A DNA stretch of 39,090 bases from Catajapyx aquilonaris. Lineage: Eukaryota. Below the pieces are notes generated by a model. That model saw nothing but the letters and a program-made list of their open reading frames with translations. It made no database searches and was not told where the DNA came from. Position numbers and translations under genes: made by a program. This document shows positions 34,201-39,090 of the stretch, one piece after another (positions within the stretch are counted from its first letter, which is position 1; every line of letters starts with the position of its first letter). The DNA lies in contig JYFJ02000923.1 in the NCBI GenBank assembly GCA_000934665.2, positions 62,001 through 101,090 of the forward strand, read 5' to 3'.

Positions 34201-37200
34201 CAGGCGCCCCAGAAACAGTCAACACTCAGGAGAATGTGGATCATTTTCATGATATGGTGATTGATGACCATCAACTCACCATCAACCAATGATAGCCACA
34301 GCGATGGGCATATCACGCAGTAGTGTGCATTCCATCCTGACACTAACATTGGGGATGCACAAGCTGGCAGCCTGATGGGTACCCAGAAACTTGACACCTG
34401 ATCAGAAGGCCCATGTCCGGGAATCATTGGAGGTGTATCAGTGGTATCTGGATGCTTTCTTGGGTCGCTATGATACATGAGATGAAACGTCGCTTCGCCA
34501 ACATTGCCCAGAAACAAAACAGCAGAGTAAGGAGTTGTTTCATATCAGATCCCCACCCTGTAAAAAGTTCTGTGTCATCCCATCAGCAGGGAAGGTGATG
34601 GATTCCATTTTTTGGGGCTGTGAAGGGCCTCTGCTGGTGGACGTTCTGGAACATGGGCACACAGTGACAGGAGACTACTATGCCAACCTCCTCCACTGAC
34701 TACGCGATGCTATAAAAAAGAAGAGATGTGGAAAGCTGAACCGAGGTGTGCTGCTCCATCAGGACAATGCTCCAGTCCACACCTCACGTTCCATTGGTTT
34801 CTGCTGACAATTGTGGCTTCAAACTGCTCCTCCATCCCCAGGATTTCCCAGATTTGGCTCCCTCTGACTGTCACCTGTTCCCAAAAATGAAGGAAAGTGC
34901 GTGGAATTCGTTTTGCCAATGACAGTGAGGTGGTCAGTGCCATGCATGAGTGGTTGGGTGGGGGTGTGAAAAGAATTTTACTTGCAGGGAATCCCGAGTT
35001 TGGAGCACAGATGAGAGACACTAAAAACTAAAATGTGTCTTTTAGTGGTGTTAGGAGGGACTATGTTGGGAAGTCACAATAAATTGGTGACCATGAAAAT
35101 AATCTTTCTGTTCAAGGTCGAGAATACATTGACTGACCCTCGTATGTGACTATCTTTTAGCCCACCATTCTGAAGTATTACCTTTGCCAGCCTTTTATAA
35201 TGCAAGTTGGGACACTTTCTGAGCTTCCTGCTTTTGGAAAAAGGTGCTGTAGCCCATATTGGCAGTAAAATAACAAGAAACAGAAGCATCTTCATATGTT
35301 GATGGGCATTAATGTTTGCATTAAGGAGATGATGATGTCTTGAAAAAATGGTATGATTCGTCTGTGGCATAGAAGGTTAATGAATTTACTTGGTGTATGG
35401 TGTAGCCAAGGTATGACATTTTGTGATGTGGTACAGTCCCGCACATAAAGAATGGTTATCCTGATTATCGAGTATTATTCCCAACCTTAATTCAACAAAA
35501 CCCTATTGACAACCATTTCTGGACCTCCGGTGACTCGTATGACCTATCCCGATTTTTAAATAAAAATTTTAATGACCAAACTGTTCAACCCGGTGCAATG
35601 CTTACGTAGATTTGATGTGAATTTCCCCCCTAAAATTTTCCTACTTAGCTGTGTTTTTCTCTTCTCTTTTTTATTTTTATTTTGAGTCCCTTTTCCCGGA
35701 CTTCCTCGTGACCCCTAAAAACATGCTGGCGACCCAGGGGTTGGGAACAGAATAAACATTTCGTCCACATAGAGTCGTGCCATTCTTTATGAACGGTAGG
35801 CCCTACTGTACACTTACACTTTGGGGGTATTACAAGTGCATGTAAACAGTTTTTATGGTGGGTGGCATTTACACCATGTCAGTAGCCTTCATAGCTAACA
35901 AAAAAGCAAACATTATCATGACATTTCCCCAAAAACGTGGTAGTGAGTGATGAAGAAGACATGTCAAATTACAGAGCTAGCCTTAAAAGCATATACATAT
36001 AGCTTAATACATGCATAGCAGGTCTGGAATCATATCCTATAAATGCAAGTGGAGTATGTGTGTCTTGTCACTTGTAGCATTAGGCTAAAATATTGCAGTT
36101 TCCGATCTACTAGTAGTGGCATAAATTATGCTGAGAAATTTTTGCTGACCTCTGGTTTTATTCTCCTCCAGGAAAAAATTGCTCACACAATGCTGCTGAC
36201 CTTGCCTTTCCAATTCTCTGATCCTGTAAAAGCTGTAGCTATGAGAATGTGGAATAAGGTGTAGTGTCTTTCATTGAGATGCATTAGACTGTTGCAGCTG
36301 GATGAGTAACCCTTCTCAACTTGATCACACTAAAGACTATGATAGCAGAATTGTGGAATGTAGGACCTCCCACAAAAACCTTGTCATCTCCTCACCACAA
36401 TGCAATGGGGGGTCTGTAGTTTTAAATAGGATTTCATGACAATAGCTATATATGTGCCAGTGTTGGATTTGTGTGGATTCTGCACCAATTTGTGAGTTTT
36501 CGAGGGCATTTGCAACAGCTGAAAATGGATTGGATTCGCTTGCTGGGTGCTAAAGATCTGGAGAGGCACAAAATAATACAAAACCATGAGTTTGACCACA
36601 TTTTGATAAGACTAGGTGGGCAAGAATCAGTACAAAATTTTCATTCCTTAATATAGTTTTTCTTATTTGCATCAGCCAGGATGTATGTAAAACATTAAAT
36701 TGACGCCCCTCACTGCTTGATTGAATGTGTAGAAATATTTACATTATTATTGAAGAATATATTCCAAGTCGATTTAGAATAAAGGAAATTGAGAGTCAAG
36801 GCCTCCAGGCAAGTCAGTTCATGTGCGACTGATTGAATGCCCCGATTGGCTAGTCTGGCATGCATGGGAGCTCTCCATATGAGTTGTGTGCACAGTGCAA
36901 GTGTAGCTTCATAAATCGGTTCATTGATACGTGTCCATGGATTCTGTAATTTTTTTAAATGCATTGTTGCTTGAACTCACCTCCTAATGATCATTGCGGG
37001 TCAGATTGGGATGTAAGCTTGTCACATGGAAAAACAACAATTCCTGGAGTTCAGCAGCTTCTTTTCAAGGTGATTGAATTTTATTTAGAAAGAGTTGTAT
37101 AACTCACTGAGCTACACTTGTAGGTGAATGGACGGGGAAAAGTGAAAATATGAGCATCTTTGAGACATCCGCAAATACAGTCATTATGAGCTAAATTTAG

Positions 37201-38476
37201 TATGGTATTGTGACAGTAGCAAGTTGCATAAAAGACGTACTTGGACTAAGCAAGAATTTGGTGTCTTGAAAAGCATTCAGTATCAGTATTTTCATACGCA
37301 TCCTTGCTGCACAGTGCTGGACATTAATTCCATCGTTATGCTAGCGAAATTTTCTGATGCGGCAGAAGTGCAAAGCGGTGTACCGGGTTCACACTCCATC
37401 AATTCACTTTGCCCTTCTGCAGCATCGGAAAATCTCGCTAGCAGTACAGCAGAATTAACGTCCAGCACTGTACGTATTGCTACTTCTGACACATTCCATA
37501 TCTCTTAGTTGACACTGCTTCTGAGGGCTAATTGAGGAGATGGGGGGTAGGGGTGGGTCACTGCATGCTATGTATGACTTTGGTAAAGATAATACTAGGG
37601 GAACAGTTTATAAAATGACAAAAATTGTGAAGAAGAAATTGACCAATGAGTTGACCTAGAGCAGCCCATATCATCACCCTAAATTTAATGGCTTATTTTC
37701 AGTTGCGTGGAGGAGAAATTAAGACTGCTTTATGGAATGAAGTGGCAGAATACACCATCAGTGGATCAATGTTTGATTTAGTGGTGAGCTAGTTTCCTAG
37801 AACATGATGGCAAACTTATTATTTATGTCAAATGAAGTAACAGCGATGATTCTATTTTAACAGATGGCAGCGGCATGTCGATTTACAATCTTGTTGCTCT
37901 TTTACGCCCTTCTCCAAATCAACAATTGGTCTGTGATTGCTGTAAGTATGTATGTTACATAAGTGTAATAGCATGTCTCTCACTGGTATAAGTAGACCTG
38001 TGCACATGTTTAATGAGTTGGATTAGGTAAATGAATTTGTAGACACTGAACCAGATATTTCATCCTGATTGTTTGGTGTAAAGAACTCTTTAGTCTTGCT
38101 TCATCTTCACTAGTATTATTATCACTGAATAAGTGGGTTATCCTTCATGACAATTGTTCAAGTATGATAAATCTACTCGATTTGGGATTTAATATTTGGA
38201 GTGGCAGATTATTAATGTTTTCAATTTGTGAAGGCTATTATCAAGTTGGCCAGTTAGGGCATTGACAGCATTCACCTTATTATTTAAGTTATAAGGTGAA
38301 TGCTGTCAATGCCCTAACTGGCCAAGTCAGGTCCACTCAATTGTGGAGCATGTTTGAACTTCTAGGATGAGGTACAGTTTGAATGGAAACATGTCGTAAC
38401 ATGTTGATGTTTTCTTTTGCAGTTGTGCACGGCAGGGAGCTGTGCATTTTTGTTGGCGAAGGTTTTTATGTATGAG
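31274..38476 (+). CDS. STARD3: STARD3/MLN64 (Start1) steroidogenic acute regulatory protein-like, MENTAL-domain exons (5' partial; continues beyond window)
   Basis: Exons 31274-31337 (MAYSSVREQQARVAAESLLNK, less certain), 33592-33755 (IITEDL...GRISPVRRFFCLLVTFDLLFTTLLWLI), 37703-37783 (EYTISGSMFDLV), 37864-37941 (AACRFTILLLFYALLQINNWSVIA), 38423-38476 (CTAGSCAFLLAKVFMYE); all GT-AG and in frame. Confidence 0.92.
32030..33290. repeat. Intronic non-autonomous element with a ~307-bp internal tandem duplication
   Basis: Units start at 32296 and 32603 (GCATATTTCGAGGTCGACAAGTCGAT); the second unit is split by a SINE; 32090-32185 resembles 22120-22215. Confidence 0.7.
32780..33119 (-). mobile_element. 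tRNA-derived SINE (second family) with 12-bp TSD
   Basis: Head GGTGGCCGAGATG...CCCAGGTTCGCTCCCCG (A/B boxes); flanking TGTCGAT(A/T)ACAT at 32768-32779 and 33120-33131. Confidence 0.8.
33843..35142 (+). mobile_element. Full-length degenerate mariner element (1300 bp) in STARD3 intron
   Basis: TIRs TA|TGAGGTTCAATCAATGTATTCTC and GAGAATACATTGACTGACCCTCG|TA. Pseudo-transposase from ATG 34021 with LEDDPRPG, WVP, SAGKVM, LLHQDNAPVH, PDLAPSDCHLFPKMK, GDYV; many stops and frameshifts. Confidence 0.92.
35434..35808. mobile_element. Degenerate Tc1-like MITE
   Basis: TA|CAGTCCCGCACATAAAGAATGG and CCATTCTTTATGAACGG...ACTG|TA; a similar end motif occurs at ~21494. Confidence 0.4.
37312..37470. mobile_element. 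Palindromic Tc1/mariner-type MITE
   Basis: CAGTGCTGGACATTAATTC...GAATTAACGTCCAGCACTG|TA; ~65-bp imperfect arms. Confidence 0.75.
38246..38325. repeat. Perfect hairpin, 35-bp stem, 10-nt loop
   Basis: 38246-38280 is the exact reverse complement of 38291-38325. Confidence 0.95.
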
Positions 38477-38611
38477 GTACGTATGTTAGTGATGATGAAA
38501 GTGAGGGATTAGATGGGTGAACTTGCTGCTTTTAAAACCACTGCATGAATGGTTTGTTTTTAAAGAAAGAACTTTTGTAGTGATAAACAATTTCTTGAGC
38601 ATCTCAAAAAT

Positions 38612-38697
38612 CAATTGAATCACTTTTTATAAGAAGGGAACAAGTCCAACTTAAGGTTATTGGACTTGTTCCCTTCTTATAAAAAGTGATTCAATTG
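38612..38697. repeat. Perfect hairpin, 38-bp stem, 10-nt loop
   Basis: 38612-38649 is the exact reverse complement of 38660-38697. Confidence 0.95.
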
Positions 38698-39090
38698 CTT
38701 CTTCTCTTTCTGGAAATGAGCATCACACTGGCATGGAATCACATTTGATGGAGGAGATGCTAGACGGGGGCCTGTTTTAGGGGGGTCTTGAATCCAATGG
38801 GGAAGTAGCCTTCATTTTGGAAACTACATAATAAATTCGCCCATATTTTTTGGATTTTTTTGGCATATTCCGTTTTAAGATATCAGCTTTAGTTCCGGAG
38901 TAATTGGGGTTTTTATGTAGGGAAATGGTGACGTCACTGTTTCCATAGAAAATGTTGACGTCACGCGAAGTGAAATGAACGCAAAAATGATGGTATAGAA
39001 CGCGCCCCGTCATTGTTGTAAAATGCTTCGCTGTGGTTAGCAACCGTCCCATTCCGTGAGCAAGATAGCGGCCGGGGCGCGTTTTTACTT

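Overview
Eukaryotic (arthropod-like: TTAGG repeats, short GT-AG introns) genomic window with three spliced protein-coding loci embedded in many transposon relics. (1) A minus-strand secreted CUB-domain serine protease (exons 3023-4691, probably starting at 7083 with a signal peptide and an acidic pro-region). (2) Eight intact minus-strand exons (10715-16060) encoding a divergent myosin V globular cargo-binding tail (DIL domain). No motor, IQ or coiled-coil exons are visible upstream; instead an LSM14/Trailer-hitch-like first exon (17824-17953) lies 1.8 kb upstream and can splice in frame, suggesting a headless and possibly chimeric myosin V paralog. (3) The 5' part of STARD3/MLN64 (Start1; MENTAL domain exons 31274-38476, plus strand, continuing beyond the window). 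Repeats include two mariner copies, P/THAP-, Sola-, gypsy-, NeSL/Utopia- and L2-like relics, two tRNA-SINEs with target-site duplications, many fold-back MITEs (one carrying telomeric repeats), perfect hairpins, and repeat-borne CTCF-like motifs. All family assignments come from motif recognition by eye; no database searches were run.
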